Assembly: GCA_950097015.1 (NCBI GenBank) | Contig: CATNEN010000038.1 | Span: 11,284,001-11,348,000, forward strand | From: Macrostomum hystrix | Lineage: Eukaryota > Animalia > Platyhelminthes | Length of the DNA: 64,000 nucleotides | Direction of reading: 5' to 3' | Part shown: positions 61,700 through 64,000 of the stretch, in pieces | How the letters are laid out: the number at the start of each line of letters is the position of its first letter | Numbering within the stretch: position 1 is the stretch's first letter | Position numbers and translations under genes: made by a program | Notes under the pieces: generated by a model | Seen by the model: the letters and a program-made list of their open reading frames with translations, nothing else | What the model was told of the DNA's origin: nothing | Database searches by the model: none

Positions 61700-63036
61700 A
61701 TCTCCCTAACCCCTTCTCAGATTCTTATCCTAATCCCTTTCAGATTCTTATCCTAATCCCTTCTCAGATTCTCTCTCTATCCCTTTCAGATTCTCTCCCT
61801 AATCCCTTCTCAGATTCTTTCTCTAATCCCTTCTCAGATTCTCTCCCTAATCCCTTCTCAGATTCTCTCTCTAATCCCTTCTCAGATTCTCTCTCTATCC
61901 CTTTCAGATTCTCTCCCTAATCCCTTCTCAGATTCTTTCTCTAATCCCTTCTCAGATTCTCTCTCTAATCCCTTCTCAGATTCTCTCCCTAATCCCTTCT
62001 CAGATTCTCTCTCTAATCCCTTCTCAGATTCTCTCTCTAATCCCTTCTCAGATTCTCTCCCTAATCCCTTCTCAGATTCTCTCCCTAATCCCTTCTCAGA
62101 TTCTCTCCCTAATCCCTTCTCAGATTCTTTCTCTAATCCCTTCTCAGATTCTCTCCCTAATCCCTTCTCAGATTCTCTCTCTAATCCCTTCTCAGATTCT
62201 TATCCTAATCCCTTTCAGATTCTCTCCCTAATCCCTTCTCAGATTCTCTCTCTAATCCCTTCTCAGATTCTCTCTCTAATCCCTTCTCAGATTCTCTCTC
62301 TAATCCCTTCTCAGATTCTCTCTCTAATCCCTTCTCAGATTCTTATCCTAATCCCTTCTCAGATTCTCTCTCTAATCCCTTCTCAGATTCTCTCCCAAAT
62401 CCCTTCTCAGATTCTCTCTCTAATCCCTTCTCAGATTCTCTCTCTAATCCCTTCTCAGATTCTTATCCTAATCCCTTCTCAGATTCTCTCTCTAATCCCT
62501 TCTCAGATTCTCTCCATAATCCCTTCTCAGATTCTCTCTCTAATCCCTTCTCAGATTCTCTCTCTAATCCCTTCTCAGATTCTCTCTCTAATCCCTTCTC
62601 AGATTCTCTCCATAATCCCTTCTCAGATTCTCTCTCTAATCCCTTCTCAGATTCTCTCTCTAATCCCTTCTCAGATTCTCTCCCTAATCCCTTCTCAGAT
62701 TCTCTCCCTAATCCCTTCTCAGATTCTCTCTCTAATCCCTTCTCAGATTCTCTCCCTAATCCCTTCTCAGATTCTTTCTCTAATCCCTTCTCAGATTCTC
62801 TCCCTAATCCCTTCTCAGATTCTCTCTCTAATCCCTTCTCAGATTCTCTCTCTAATCCCTTCTCAGATTCTCTCCCTAATCCCTTCTCAGATTCTCTCTC
62901 TAATCCCTTCTCAGATTCTCTCTCTAATCCCTTCTCAGATTCTTATCCTAATCCCTTCTCAGATTCTCTCTCTAATCCCTTCTCAGATTCTCTCTCTAAT
63001 CCCTTCTCAGATTCTCTCTCTAATTCCTTCTCAGAT
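61700..63036. repeat. Minisatellite, 24-bp unit (ctaatcccttctcagattctctct)
   Basis: About 55 units. Confidence 0.95.
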
Positions 63037-63499
63037 TTGATCCCCAATCACTTTCCAGATTCTCTTCCCGACAAAATCACATAAATTTTTGACCCTACTG
63101 AAAGTAGTCTTTGGGATATATTTTGTTTCTAATTTTGTAAGTGAGATTTTGGCAATATTTGCTAGCTTGATCGTGCTTTTAAACTCGTTTTTAACGCAAT
63201 AATGATACGTAACAAATAAATTTTTAACTAGAAAGAAGTATTTAAGCAACCATCTTTTTTTCTTGTCAAATTAGGAAAATCTATTTAGTGAAATTCAGGA
63301 TCGTGACTGAGTTCTAGCAATCAGTTATTTCTCCTGTTTTTTGTCGACAGAAATTGTTTATTCTGAATCTAGCTGCATGTTCAAAATTATGTTTTATATT
63401 TTATGCATCTTTTTGTGTGGACTTCTACCAACACAGTCACTAAAATAATTATTTTTGTCATCAAAAACTAATCCAAGTTCTACTTCCTATTTTCTGATA

Positions 63500-64000
63500 G
63501 CCCACTTCCCATCTACAGATATCCCACTTCCCATCTGCAGATATCCCACTTCCCATCTGCAGATACCCCACTTCCCATCTACAGATATCCCACTTCCCAT
63601 CTGCAGATATCCCACTTCCCATCTGCAGATATCCCACTTCTCATCTACAGATATCCCACTTCCCATCTGCAGATATCCCACTTCCCATCTGCAGATATCC
63701 CACTTCCCATCTACATTTATCCCACTTCCCATCTAAAGATATCCCACTTCCCATCTGCAGATATCCCAACTCCCATCTACAGATATCCCACTTCTCATCT
63801 ACATTTATCCCACTTCCCATCTACATTTATCCCACTTCCCATCTACATTTATCCCACTTCCCATCTACATTTATCCCACTTCCCATCTACATTTATCCCA
63901 CTTCCCATCTGCAGATATCCCACTTCCAATCTGCAGATATCTCACTTCCCATCGACATTCACCCCACTTCCCATCGACATTTATTCCACTTCCTATCTGC
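63500..64000. repeat. Minisatellite, 22-bp unit (atcccacttcccatctgcagat), runs off the window
   Basis: About 22 units. Confidence 0.93.

Overview
Eukaryotic (metazoan) genomic DNA with compact spliced genes and a different short-period minisatellite in many introns. A 37-nt match (35/37) to the Macrostomum spliced-leader exon, as I recall that sequence, suggests the free-living flatworm Macrostomum (inference). Genes: an NMDA-receptor GluN2-type subunit (+, 5' end outside the window), a two-domain small heat-shock protein (-), a PTPN13/FAP-1-like KIND-FERM-4xPDZ protein whose PTP domain has lost its catalytic motifs (-, with an intronic tRNA-Gln), a Canopy/saposin-like ER protein (-), SMIM15 (-), a beta-PIX/ARHGEF7-like GEF (-), a MARVEL protein (+), two tandem SLC25A19-like carriers that are near-identical 5' and divergent 3' (+), and a CELF3-6/Bruno-like RNA-binding gene (-). 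Mobile DNA: about 10 copies of a tRNA-headed SINE, a second CORE-like SINE, and three TIR elements (two with perfect 8-bp TSDs). The most unusual item is a genome-encoded spliced-leader copy (17473-17509) that is not an SL RNA gene. It follows CCAAT boxes, supplies the ATG of a mini-exon and lies antisense inside an intron of the PTPN13-like gene. Exon boundaries were read by eye; repeat coordinates are approximate.
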